Origin: Lingula anatina
Taxonomy: Eukaryota; Animalia; Brachiopoda
Reading direction: 5' to 3'
Assembly: GCA_051362555.1 (NCBI GenBank)
Contig: CM120643.1
Span: 12,746,644 to 12,810,643 of the forward strand
Length of the DNA stretch: 64,000 nt
The notes under the pieces: model-generated
The model's input: the letters and a program-made list of their open reading frames with translations, nothing else
The model's database searches: none
What the model was told of the DNA's origin: nothing
Part shown: positions 51,490 to 64,000 of the stretch, one piece after another
Numbering within the stretch: the stretch's first letter is position 1
How the letters are laid out: each line of letters opens with the position of its first letter
Translations under genes and position numbers: made by a program

Positions 51490-53332
51490 ATGGGCTCGCA
51501 GAATTCCTCCGGTCGACGTAGAATGTCTGATCGAAATGCCGGACAAAGATCAGGTGCGGTAGGCGATGGCGATTCGTCTTCAGCCGCAGGAGGACGAGAG
51601 GAAGACCCTGATTTGGCCACCATTTTGTCATATTTAATTCGAAGGTATATAAAATAGTACCGCAAAACTCACAACTGACAGCGATAAATTCTACCAAAAT
51701 ATAAACCAAGGGATGCAGATGCGTTATAGAAGATACAAATCCTATGTTGTCAGGTTGTCACTGTCAGGGCATAAATAGTTTGGCTAACAACCTCGGGTCA
51801 ACTGCACCCTGACACCTGCTGGACATGGCCCAGCGTGACTCAGCTGATATTATGTAAACAAACATGAGATCAAGCTGTGGATTCTACCTTCTAATATTAT
51901 CATCCTTTGGATGATGTTTAGAAATGTTAATTTTGCTATCGCTGAATGCTATGGTGCATCATTAGAAGCCTTCAACAGGGGACCTGTTTATATTCTAGAT
52001 ATTCCACAAAACCACTCTGAAATGAGATTTTTGCATATGTTCATTTGAATATTGCACAGCCCATAAAGACTACAAATTTGTTTTTATTTCTTAATTGGTT
52101 TTACCTTAAATTGAGTAGATGTTGTTGGCTTCTAGTTTCTTTAAAATTTGGCATGATGCATTTTAATTGTATCATGCACCTGTATTGCTTTTGTCTCCTA
52201 TCCTGAAAAAAAGGTATTTTAACTTGCCTAGTAAATCCATTGCTTCAAAAAAAAAGTGAAATACCATTTACACTAAAGTGAAAAGAAAAAAGAAAGATTA
52301 AAATGACTTTCAGAATGACAGTTTATGGTATCTGATCAGGATCAAACCGCAAAGATACAAAAGCACAAAAGATCTTTAACAAGACAGCTTTGAATAACTG
52401 TTTTTGAAAAAATCTGCACTTTCACTAGCACTTACATGCAGAAAATTATTTTCCATGCCCAATGTTAAAGAAGGCCTCCTTAGAGACATGTTTTGTGTGC
52501 TTCTAGTGGCCAAGTCAGGATCCTCCCCTCCACTGGGTTTGGTGCTGATGATGATGATGAAGATGATGATGATGATGATTATATGATTTCATCACAAACA
52601 GCTGTTGTGCCAGAAGGTAGCAAAATTAAGGTCGTTTCCACTTTGAGGAGTATATTTTAGTAATACAGTCTATACTGGTACTCACTGAGAGATAATAACA
52701 TATATTTGTGCTACAGGGGAATTTAACTTCATTTCACAAGTGCACCAGTTTCTAGTAGTTTAGTTCAGTTCGTTAGCTGTTGCTAAAACGTTAAGGTGAC
52801 TCTTATTTGATTACCAAGCTGTTGAATAGTCAATCTTTCTTATTGTTTCAGTACAGACTGTAGCACTATAGTATACATCTATACTGCGAAAAGGGCTTAA
52901 AATGAAGCAGTGTCATGTGAGGAATTTGCCATACTGACATCCTTATTGTATAAAGCAGAAATTAACTAATTTTGTTTATAAGATAACATTGAATGCATGG
53001 TATTGACGGGAAGGAAAATTAATGACTTACTATATTTCATAATAATCATATCTTATTTTCTTTTCAGCTGAAGAAAACCCTGACACAAACACCATAGATG
53101 TAAGTGTGATGCTTGTTTCCTTTAATGGTATATGTTAGGTTGTTATATTAGTATATTAAATTACTTTTGTTATTCTCAAGTTGAAACACAGGATTATCAG
53201 GCCCGTAGCCAGAAATTTCAGAGGGGGGTTCATTTTCTGAAAAAGTGGACCTTTTACCATAAAATCCTCAAGTACATAGGTCAAATTTTACCCAGAGTGG
53301 ACCTTTTCTCAGCAAAAGGGGTGGTTCTTTCG

Positions 53333-53366
<34 letters not shown>

Positions 53367-55351
53367 CTACGGGCCTGATTAGATTGAAATATCCAAGTTA
53401 TAATATTTTGTATATATTTCTTTTTAGAGAAGTGAGTTTCGACAAGAGGTTCTCCTCCAGTCCGAGGGCTGTTTGAACTACAATGGGGCCTTATCTAAAC
53501 CTTCTATTGTAAACATGGTGCAGAGGGTGGGTATCTGGTACCAGTTTTTACAAAAAGTCTGAAGTTATGGTGCTTATATAAATTAACGCGCATTTTACAG
53601 TTGAATATATGAAGTTGTCCTTGCTACATTGGTCTTGGAGCATTTTATAATGTAAAATGTAGTTGAGATATCTTATTGGCTTGGCTAGTCTAAAGTTCCT
53701 GGGCTTAAGATTTTATAATTTTATGTTTAATACTATTTGATTTAATTAAAACCACTAATTCAAGCCATATTTGGTCAATATTAGAAGAGACAACATTCTA
53801 GTAAAAGAAATAAATTATTTATTTTATTATTTAAGAAAATCATAAGATTATTTTCGTTATTATTATTCTCTGAGAGTGAACAAGTGCACATATGCATGTA
53901 CTTACCTGACATCAGAAATGTTTTATATAACACAAATTCCTTGATAAAATATTTTAATGAAAATTACTAGTAATAAGGCAGTGATTGTTTATTTCAGCGT
54001 GAAATAGGGTTAATGAACGGAAGCAAGAGTTTCACTCGGGCAGACTGTTGTGTGGCTATGTCAAAGTATGTATTAAAATTTAAATAGCAGCACCATTATT
54101 AACTTGCATTTTGTGATAGTGATAGTGAAACTCTCCTTATTATTTGCATAAATAAGTGGAATTAATTTATCCATTTTTATATGAATCGAAATGTTTTTAC
54201 AACTCTCTCTGTTCACAAGTTTTGTATTTTTCTAGCCCACTGATATCTTGAGGTTACTTCAAATGTGTACAAAATCATGTCTTTATAGCTGATATAAGAA
54301 AAAATGAAATTACTTGCCACAAACCCACATATGATACAAGTGATGAAACATACGAAAACATTGATAATAGATCAATATATATATACTGGGGTAGCGCTAG
54401 CAATTTTTTTCACTTAGCCATATCACCACATTTTTGTCAATTTGTTATCAAAATGGTTATAATTTGGCTAAAACATGTCAAATCTAGCCCTTTTTCTTTA
54501 GCCAATTTCAGTTAGTTTTAGCATTTGGCTAAATTGTCGAGTGTTAGTGCTACCCCAGATATATAATTGGATATATATGTACAAAAACAATAATGTATCA
54601 ATATGTATAACTGGATATATGTATAAACCATGCCTCCCTTGTCTTCAGATATCTTCCCAACCACAAGGACACAGTTGCTCAGTTCCATAGCAAAGTTTTC
54701 TGTGGCACCTACTCTCAGGATGGAGACATATTCCTCTCAGCCTGTCAAGGTAGGAAACAGTTGAAGAACAGATAATCTGTTACAATATAGAGAGCTTTAA
54801 TGAAATGATTTGAGAATGACTACTATATGACAATATATAAACTTGTTTCTGATAGTTTTGGGAACATTTGAGATTCTATTCAAAGATAATCATTACTTTT
54901 TAATTAGGTGATATTCTCATATAGAAACCTAGAAATTTAGCATATATAATTTCATCATATTTGCGAGTGTGTCATTGCTAATGTAGAAGTACTGTTATTT
55001 GGCTAAAACAAAAAATGAGTTCAAAGCACTCATAACTATGTTGTGTATTTGAGTCATGCATTATAACTACACAGTTATCAGGAGTTACCCTGAGTTTCAC
55101 AGGTCAGTGATATCTCATCTCTTCTGTGGACATCCCTCTTGAGTTTCCATGGAGCTCTTAAACTCAGGGTGGCCACAGGTTACCTAAAACTTACTGATAT
55201 TGACTGTGCCCTCTCCTACATTCCAGATCAGAATATAAGAATATTTGACACATCCTGGGGCAAGTTTACTCTCATGAAGTCAGTCAGGGCCAGAGATGTG
55301 GGCTGGAGTGTGGTGGATACAGCTTTTAGGTGTGTGTGTGTGTGGTGTTTG

Positions 55352-55382
<31 letters not shown>

Positions 55383-58300
55383 TTTGTTTGTTTGTTTGTT
55401 TGTTTGTTTTTTTTTTGGGGGGGGACCCTGAATTGATTTTACTTTTGTTGTTTTTCACATTTTTTATCAATATATTTTCATTTTTTTATTTTTATTAAAA
55501 TACATTTTTTGAAAGCCAAATGGACATATTTGCTTGTTTATAATAACTTAGAGTTGACTTAGAGATTGTCATAATATCAGTTTTTGTAAATGAAAATCAT
55601 TATTTGTAAATAATAACAAAAATCATTTGTAAAGAAAAATAATTATTTGAAAATGTCCCTTTTTTTTCAGCCCTGATGGGAATTACCTGATATATTCAAG
55701 CTGGTCTGACTGCAGTAAGTAGGAGCACTGAAAGGAAATAAGGATTATAGCTTAATTCAATAGATAACATGTTTTCATCTTCAGTTTGTTTGATACCATT
55801 GATACTAATGAGGCTGTAGCACATTTCCAAACTACTTTTAAATAGTTAAAGTGGTTGTATGATCACTTGCAGGGCAACATACTTGGTCATACCAATATTG
55901 GTGATCTTCTGTACTTTGTTTGTTTGTTGGACTTTTTTGTAGGTTAAAAAATAACTTTCATTTATTTTTCAGTCCATCTATGCAACATTCATGGAGAGCA
56001 TGAAGTCCATGAAGCCTTACACTTGTTCCCAGATGCTGGCCATAGTTTTTGTGCTTTCTCTATTGTTTTCTCTGCAGACAACAAGGAAATCTTAGCTGGG
56101 TAGGTTAACTCAGGATTAGACAAATCTAGGGCTACATGTATCTTTGTCTGTAATTGTCAGCAAGAAAAAGAAAAGAAATGTTTACTTATGGTAAAGTTAG
56201 TTCAGCTTTGATGAGTGAAATGTTAAACAGAAAATTGGTAAAAATGGTGCACATGAAAAAAGAAAACAGAAAATGCTGAAGGTAGCTGAGTTTGACTTAG
56301 GCTGTAATATTGTGTGTTATATATAGTAGACTAGTAAAGCTAAACTTACTGAAGAATACTTCCACATTGCAAATTGCATGTTTAAGGTATTGGATGATAG
56401 TATGTTTATACTAAATCATGTTTTACTTTCAGTTCTAATGATGGTGGTCTGTATGTTTATGATCGAGAGAGCAACCAACGATGTTTAAAGGTAAGTAAAA
56501 GGCATCATCACAGGAAGAGTCTTACAGCTAGACAAAAAAAAAAAAGATGTCAGACTGTGGACCTACAAGTCACAGAAATTTTGAGATATAGAAACGGCTT
56601 GTCATGGTTATTTAATGAACCCAAAAGTTATATAATATTAAAAGTCTTTTAATAAAAATGTTGTAGTTTTTTATGCACAAACATCTGTTTGATGTAAGAC
56701 TAATTTCATTCAGTAAGTCTTGCATGCACTCATTTGTAAATCTTACTGCAAATTACCATTATCTCATGTCTTTTTAGTGAGACATTATTTTTGGATTTAA
56801 TCATGTTATCTTTGTTTCTAGATTACAGCTCATGAAGATGATGTAAACTCTGTTGCCTTTGCTGATACATCGTCACATATCTTATTCAGCGGGGGAGATG
56901 ATGGACTAGTTAAGGTGGGTGCTATATTTATTGTTTTGTACTGTTTTGATAGAAAGATACTGAAAAATAAAAACAAGGGCTGCAAACACTATAATGCAAA
57001 TACTAGTACAAAAAAAGCAAGCATATAACTTACTTAGGCTAGAAAAATTCTGGGTTTGAGAAATCTTTGAAAGCTTTCAACCAAACAAAGCTTTCAGTTG
57101 CATCTTGTATCAGATCACACAATTTGTGACACAAAAAAAATTCTTCTTTTCCCCCTGCCAAACTAGTTGATGCTAAAGGTGACAGAAAATTGTACATCCT
57201 AGGGATAAACTATTTTATAGATTGTTGGAATATTTTTTTCATATTAATATTCATAACATTTACATGATTGATTTATTCATTATGCAATATAAATTTCTCA
57301 TTGACACATAATGTGTACATAAAAAAAGTTAGAGTTTGAGTTTGTAGCAGATATCCACAATATATCCACAATAAATGAGATCAGCCTATATTACAATTTA
57401 TGTTTGGTCTCTTTTGGGATCTGTTTAATCCTAAAAGGATATCACCTCCCTTGGGGGTATATGTGTTAATATATTTAATGGATGTTGATTCCTCAAGGTG
57501 TGGGACAGACGGACATTAAGTGAGGCGACCCCTGTACCTGTGGGAACCCTGGCAGGACACTCAGATGGAATCACATTTATAGACTCCAAAGTAAGTAAAA
57601 CTAGGACAAAATATGGAATTTGCTTAAATTTACAATAACTGTTTCTTCAAACAATAGCTAAAGTAAAATTTATTTTCTTTACAATATTTCAGATATCTTT
57701 ATATGGTAATGATGACACTAAAATATTAGGTTAGTAATAATTTTGAGTGAAATTCTTTGCTTGTACTTGCTATCTTTAAAGACAATTTGAATATAACATG
57801 AAAGATATCCTCTTGTTTTTATAATAGGTATCATGCAATGTTTCATTGAATTATTGATTTGAAATGCATGTGCTTGAGAACCATGTTCTGCATTTCTGTA
57901 GAATGACTCCAGATATCTCTTATCAAACTCTAAAGACCAGTCAATCAAGCTATGGGACATGAGGAAGTTCTCTTCTGATGATGCAATTAAGGTAAACTGA
58001 AATTGTTTTACTTACACACAATATGTAGCAAAACACAGACAGAAAATCTGATTATGTTTTTGGCAATTTTCCACCATTTCTTCCTACTTATTTCTAACAA
58101 CCAAAAATCTAGTTTCAAAACATAAAACTAAAACTAAAAAGCATTTTTTCATATACAACAATCACTTTAATCTTCAATCTAAAAGCTTACAGTTTTCTTC
58201 ATTGTGGCCACATAGCAAAATACAGCTAACTCAAAGTCTGACATTGCTTTGAAATTTAACTGAAAAGATTTTTCAACATGTATGCGAAATGAGAAGTTCT

Positions 58301-61300
58301 CAAGACAGAAGTGGTGAAAATCTTTAAATTGCCATGGTAATCTTATTTTATTGAAATCAGTATGAAACTTGCCCAATCATCTTGTATGAAATGACAAGAA
58401 TAATTTGCTCACTAAATGTTTTTGACACCTTTTACAGGGCACCAAGCGTGCTGTCGCCAGGCAGAACTGGGACTACAGATGGCCTCCTGTGCCAGCGCGA
58501 GGTAGGAAAAAGTTGTAGTAAATAAGTGCCCCCATACCACACCTGGATGTAACACATTACATGTCATGTGACAAAGCATTGGAAAGCTTGTATTATAAAT
58601 AATAGGTTTTAGATATGAAATGTGGACTGAACTCACAGCAAAGTGATATCTGGCAGACATGCTGAAACTGTCAGTCCTACCAGGCATGATGGATAGGATT
58701 TTTATGAATTTTTTGTAAAGGTTTAACACAAAAAAACGTGTTGTTGTTGCCCTAAAAAACTGATAGGTAATATTCTCAAGGCAGTGCTTTTCGTTAACTC
58801 AGCGAGAATGTACATCATTGTTGTGCTTGAATTATTGTTTCCCTGTGTATCAGACTGCTGAAAGCCATTGAACTGTAACAACCAATGGTCATCTGCTTAA
58901 TGGCATTCATGGAAAATCAAATCTTGTCATAAAAATGCATACAAATTTTTAAGATGTCCAATTTTCTTTACTCTCATTCAGTCAAATATCACCGAATGCA
59001 ACCATTCATCTGTTGTATTACCTTATTCTACACTTCTTTTTTAGTGAAAAAAGTCAAGCACGTGGAGGGAGACAGCTCTCTGATGACATACCGCGGCCAC
59101 AGCGTGCTGCATTCCCTGATTCGTGCTCGGTTCTCTCCAGCCTATACAACAGGCCAGCGCTATATCTACACAGGCTGTGCCAGTGGGGGTGTGGTCGGTA
59201 TGTACTCAGGTTGATCTACTGATTGATGTGTGCTTTAGCATAAGAAACAAGATGGAAGTTGTTGACAGGTGTCTAGTATGAAGTTGTAGATCATCAAGTT
59301 TACAGCATTTTGTATTTTTGTGATTGTACAGACATTTATTGCAGAAGACAAATTGATTAATAGATAATTAGTACCACCAGCGTCTACGCTGGCGGTACTC
59401 ATGGTTTTAGTCCCGACCCGTCTCGTACGGCTCCGCCGGCTCCGTAAGCTCCGTTGGCTCCGCAGGGTGTCGTGGGATACAAGTCACCGTTACCGCTTCT
59501 CCTCCTAGACTGCATGGGCCTGTGTGCCCATCACTTGGATTTAAGTCACGTATAATCTCAACTTGAACCCCTGGGTATTTTTGTCTCAGTCGGTGCATTG
59601 CCCTTGGCATGACACTCGTCGAAAGGCACCCTTGTCAAAATTTTTGGAAATTCAATGCTAAATATCTCCCATACCGAAGGAATTTTGGGAAAAATTTCTA
59701 CAGATGGCTGACCGAAAGTCATATGTGGAGATTTCAAATATGCCCTTGGATTTGACCTTTGACCTTTATTTCAAGGTCAAACGGGCCAAAACTTTCTAAA
59801 AATGGGAATTTTTTGCAAAAAAATTAATATTTTATGCCGATTTTCAGAAATTTTACAGATCTAACTTATAATATTATGGACAGGTGTTACCCTGAGGGTC
59901 TTCTTTCATCTTCGTGAGTTTGGGGTCAATTGGTGCATTTTCACGGGAGAAGCGGCCTTTAGATGCCGACACTGAAAACTCTCTCCAATTCTGGAACTGT
60001 TAATGATAGAGACCTCTTGTTTTTTGCATTTTGTAGAGCTTGTCAAGCGCAACACTGGAGGTGGTGTCCGTGTTTTGTTTTCGATACAGCTTAGGCATTG
60101 CACTATATATAAAAGTTCAACATCCAATATTTAGTGGTGAAAATAAAATGTGAAATACTACAAATTTAGCAGAGATACGCTCATAGTTACTATTGAACTT
60201 GAATGGGAAGACATATACTGGTAATTTAACTGTCACCTTAAAATTGGCCTCTGACCTACTTTTCACCATGAACTAAAATTTCCAGCCCTTATATCTCTTA
60301 AACTGGCAAAGATACGCCATTAGTTACTATTGAACTTCAATAGGAAGTCATATACTGGCTATCTAACTGTGATCCTGAAATTGGCCTTTGACCTTCTTTT
60401 TATGATGAACTGTACTTTGCATGTTTTCTGGCCTATATATCTCCAAACTTGGCAAAGAAATGCCCATAGTTACTTTTGAACTTGAATAGGCAGTCATAAA
60501 CTGACCTTGAAATTGACCTTTGACCTACTGTTCACCATGAACTGAACTTTGAATATTTTCTTGCCCCTCATATCTTCAAAACTAGCAGAGATATGCCCAG
60601 TGTTGCCCATAGGTTTCCTCTTTTGTCAGCATATATGCAACACTGATAACACATTTCAAGGAAAACCAATAGGCCTATTGTCTAGAAAATCACTACCCAT
60701 CCAAATGCGCTTACTCCAGCTGGTGGTACAATATCCGGAGGCGGTATCGCCTCTCTGATCCTCTAGTTTTAATTATGAGGGAGCAAAGTTCATTTCAACA
60801 TTCTTATGTTCATAGTTAAGAATGTCTGAATGATTTTTTCATCATTATAATGCAATTTTTTTTCCTTTTGCTCATTTATGAGAGCTCTTTTTTATATTTT
60901 ACTTAAAACATACTGGAATTTAAGTCTTGTGTTTCCCTTTCAGTGTATGATGTCCTCACTGGTAAGGTGGTCAGCAGATTGGACGGTCACCGTGGCTGTG
61001 TAAGAGATGTGTCTTGGCACCCGTATGAGCACACAATTATCAGCACATCTGTAAGTGTGAACAGTAGCCATCTTGGTTATGACTGCCATATTGATTATGG
61101 AATTTATCAGATTATTTATCACTGCCTTGAAGTTATCAAGGCTTTGCATCCGCGCGCACCCCCCCCCCCCCCCACCCCCCACTTCAAAATAATCCTGAAT
61201 CTGCCTCTGTCACATAAATACATGTTCTGAATTCACCGTTTACAATGGTCAGTTAATGAATTGATATGATACTCATTATTTCTCATTTACAGTGGGACGG

Positions 61301-61475
61301 CTCTTTGGGCAAGTGGACATATAATGGTATGAAGAATATGCCACATGACATTGATTCAGATAGTGATGAGAATGCGAGTGATGATGATGATGAACGCTGT
61401 CCCAGAAGGAGCAAAAGACTAGCATCCTTGACACGTAGACTTGACCGAAGGCGATTACCTGTACATGGAATATAA
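51490..61475 (+). CDS. DCAF11: DDB1- and CUL4-associated factor 11 (WDR23), ~559 aa, 17 exons
   Basis: Exons 51490-51644 (MGSQNSS..DLATILSYLIR), 52507-52616 (GQVRI, poly-D), 53068-53099, 53428-53526, 53998-54065, 54649-54749 (YLPN..KVFCGTYS..FLSACQ), 55227-55329 (ARDVGWSVVD), 55671-55714 (YSSWSD), 55973-56099, 56433-56490, 56822-56914 (AHEDDVNSVAFAD..SGGDDG), 57498-57590 (VWDRR..LAGHSDGITFID), 57902-57991 (SNSKDQSIKLWDMR), 58438-58501 (WDYRW), 59045-59197 (MTYRGHSVL..RFSP..TGQRYIYTG), 60944-61050 (CVRDVSWHP) and 61293-61475. Phases are consistent and the total is 1680 nt. Confidence 0.95.
53198..53377. mobile_element. MITE with 13-bp perfect TIRs (hAT-like CAG termini)
   Basis: CAGGCCCGTAGCC ... 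poly-C ... GGCTACGGGCCTG; flanks are ATTAT / ATTAG. Confidence 0.8.
54386..54558. mobile_element. MITE with CTGGGGTAGC TIRs and internal TTAGCCA/TGGCTAA motifs
   Basis: CTGGGGTAGCGCTA / TAGTGCTACCCCAG with 1 mismatch; ATATATA on both flanks. Confidence 0.75.
55330..55407. repeat. (GT)n/(TTTG)n microsatellite starting at a DCAF11 splice donor
   Basis: The intron begins GTGTGTGTGTG... directly after exon 55227-55329. Confidence 0.85.
59368..60768 (+). mobile_element. Non-autonomous Helentron-type element (HINE/DINE-1-like) in DCAF11 intron 15
   Basis: 5' stem-loop GTACCACCAGCG-TCTA-CGCTGGCGGTAC (59371-59398), a short GGCTCCG microrepeat, and ~140-bp internal tandem repeats (TAGTTACTATTGAACTT.. 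at ~60185, 60321, 60467). The 3' end has a sub-terminal inverted repeat GCTGGTGGTAC (60719-60729), a palindrome GAGGCG-GTAT-CGCCTC and CTAG|TTTT. The element is T-flanked with no TSD. Confidence 0.8.
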
Positions 61476-62427
61476 ATGCCTGAATACCTCTTTCTTATAT
61501 GTGTTAACAACAGAAAGAAAAAGGTGTGCTCATGAGGGGTGGGGTATTTAAACAGAAACATATATGTGGAATACACCAGATCTGCAATTGAACTGCCATG
61601 CACCCTCAGTTGTATACAGATTTTTAAAAGACCACATGGTTTATATTCAAGGCATACTCACCAAATGTTATATTCTAACATGCTGTCATCATTTTAAAAA
61701 TTTGTGATTATCAAAGTTGTTTCAGGAAAAATGGAATTAAACTGTTGAGAGATTTTAAAGAGAAGATGAAAGTTTGTCCTTGCTGAGATGGCATGGTTTT
61801 AATTAACCAGCACTAATTAGAATCCATACTTATATAGATATGATAGACTGATTTAAAGGTAACTTTTCTGTATCACTTTTCTGTATCACACAAAGTACAA
61901 AGGTGTTTTCACAAAATGAATTAAAATAGCAATAAAAAGACATATGAACGCTCGTGCCATGCCCTTTAAGTATGGAGGGGAGTATTTAGATTTTCTTTAG
62001 ATTTAGTTACCATAAAAGATAAGAAGAAAGAAAAACTGGCAAATGTGACACTTAACTAAAATAAAACTAAAATGATGCTGACACTAATTCTTTGTGATTA
62101 AGAAGGTCCTTGAATGCAAAGGACGTTATTTATTCTCTGAACTTTGAACTGAGTTTGGGTGCCTACCCTGTGGAATAAAAAAAATATTGGTTTATATTTT
62201 AAGCCTTTGTTTTCAAATTTCTCTTCTTTTTCTTTGCAAGAGAGTCAAAATTCAAGATACGTGTATGGGCTATAGCTCCGTGGCATTTCACCTGTGTTTT
62301 TGGAAAAGTGTGGTATGTAAATGTCTACCTGATCTCTTGGACTAAGCTAGGTGGCATGCTGTGATGAGAGTAAAAGATTCTATCTATAGAAATTTATACT
62401 CCCAAACAGCGATTCAGATTTTATATC

Positions 62428-62498
62428 TTTTTTATGTACAGACACAGATGTGTCTGTACATATAGCCATCATCTGCGTCTGTCGTCGCCGTCGTCGCT

Positions 62499-62539
<41 letters not shown>

Positions 62540-63051
62540 GCACTTTTACCGATAACACGATAAGTGGAAAACCATTTTGCCTTTTGATTTGAAACTTGCA
62601 GAACTGATGAATATTCATAATACGCAGGTCAAGTTCGAAAATCAGCATGATCGGGTCACTCTTAGGGAATTTATGCTGTTTTTTCACTTTTTTCAACATA
62701 TATGCAGCACCGATAACACAATAAGTGGAAAACCATTTTACCCTTTGGCTTGAAACTTACAGAACTGATGAATATTCATAATATGCAGGTCAAGTTCGAA
62801 AATTGGCATGATTGGGCCATTTTTAGGGAATTTATGCTGTTTTTTCACTTTTTCAGCATATATGCAGCACCGATAACACAGTAAGTGGAAAACCATTTTA
62901 CCTTTTGGCTTGAAACTTACAGAACTGATGAAAATTCTTAATACGCAGGTCAAGTTCGAAAATCAGCATGATTGGGCCATTTTTAGGGAATTAATGCTGT
63001 TTTTATGTACAGACACAGATGTGTCTGTACATATAGCCATCATCTGCGTCT

Positions 63052-63082
<31 letters not shown>

Positions 63083-63720
63083 CCGTGCACTTTTACCGAT
63101 AACACGATAAGTGGAAAACCATTTTACCTTTTGACTTGAAACTTGCAGAACTGATGAATATTCATAATACGCAGGTCAAGTTCGAAAATCAGCATGATTG
63201 GGTCACTTTTAGGGAATTTATGCAGTTTTTTCACTTTTTTCAGCATATATGCAGCACCGATAACACGATAAGTGGAAAACCATTTTACCTTTTGACTTGA
63301 AACTTACAGAACTGATGAATATTCATAATACGCAGGTCAAGTTCGAAAATCAGCATGATCGTGTCACTTTTAGGGAATTTATGCTGTTTTTTCACTTTTT
63401 TCAGCATATATGCAGCACTGATAACATGATAAGTGGAAAACCATTTTACCTTTTGACTTGAATCTTACAGAACTGATGAATATTCATAATACGCAGGTCA
63501 AGTTCGAAAATCAGCATGATTGGGCTATTTTGAGGGAATTTATGCTGTTTTTTCACTATTTTCAATATAAATGCAACACTGATAACACTATATAAGAAAA
63601 ACGGATTGGCCAATTGTAATTATACTCACAGGAGTGGTCAATCTTACTAAAACGCAGGTTGAGTTTGAAAATCAGCATAATCAGCATAAAGTTATACTGT
63701 TTTTTTCACATTTCCTCAGA
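62428..63720 (+). mobile_element. Second HINE-like element with duplicated head and 161-bp core tandem repeats (3' end not identified in window)
   Basis: Head consists of a T-run, the perfect hairpin ATGTACAGACACA-GA-TGTGTCTGTACAT and a (GTCGCC/GTC)n tract, at 62434 and again at 63005. Units of 160-161 bp start at 62549, 62710, 62870 (truncated), 63096, 63257, 63418 and 63579 (degenerate). Confidence 0.8.
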
Positions 63721-64000
63721 TTCAATTCTTAAGCATGTTAACAGTCTCATTATTTAACTAATAAGATGCCTAAAAGTGTTTGTTTGATATTTCCTGCATC
63801 TTTACAACATTGTTAGTTGATTTTGTAAAAATGATGGTAAACTTGTTATTGTGTATTATGTTATAAAGTGTCAAAAATGGAAATAAACTCATATCATTGC
63901 AGTTTGTCAGATTCAATCATCCACTATGTTCAGAATCTCAGAATGGAGGATATTGGACATTTAACACTGTTCTATTGATACTTTTCCCATCTCATCAATT

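Noticed and set aside
56915-57497. Possible U12-type intron in DCAF11 (AAG acceptor, weak pyrimidine tract)
   Set aside because: The donor is GTGGGT rather than GTATCCTT and there is no TCCTTAAC branch site; it is just a weak U2 acceptor.
62469-63110. Short ORFs with poly-Arg or GDD repeats
   Set aside because: They are translations of the GTCGCC microsatellite and 161-bp repeats of the HINE-like element.

Overview
AT-rich, intron-rich eukaryotic (invertebrate, probably lophotrochozoan/mollusc-like) genomic DNA, not prokaryotic. I assembled exons by hand from GT-AG sites and reading phase. The window holds five protein-coding genes: the last three exons of SF3B3 (+), a 5-exon SNRK kinase (+, ~888 aa, ending in CCVLF), a 13-coding-exon anoctamin-10 (-, ~698 aa) tail-to-tail with SNRK, a single-coding-exon 526-aa LRR transmembrane receptor (+), and a 17-exon DCAF11/WDR23 (+, ~559 aa). 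The LRR gene probably lies antisense inside the first (5'UTR) intron of ANO10, and DCAF11 is head-to-head with ANO10. Introns contain a defective hAT transposon with TIRs, a 6-bp TSD and an apparent internal inversion, one Helentron-type non-autonomous element (a second, with a duplicated head, lies downstream of DCAF11), several MITE/foldback families, a perfect 36-bp-stem hairpin, and a 78-bp (3x26) higher-order tandem array built from an ANO10 exon/5' splice-site junction. The most notable observations are the splice-donor-derived array, the nested TIR-less LRR receptor with twin NPxY motifs, the SNRK-ANO10 linkage shared with human, and candidate alternative SNRK exons. No CRISPR array, tRNA or rRNA was seen. 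Gene identities come from my recall of family sequences; no database search was run.
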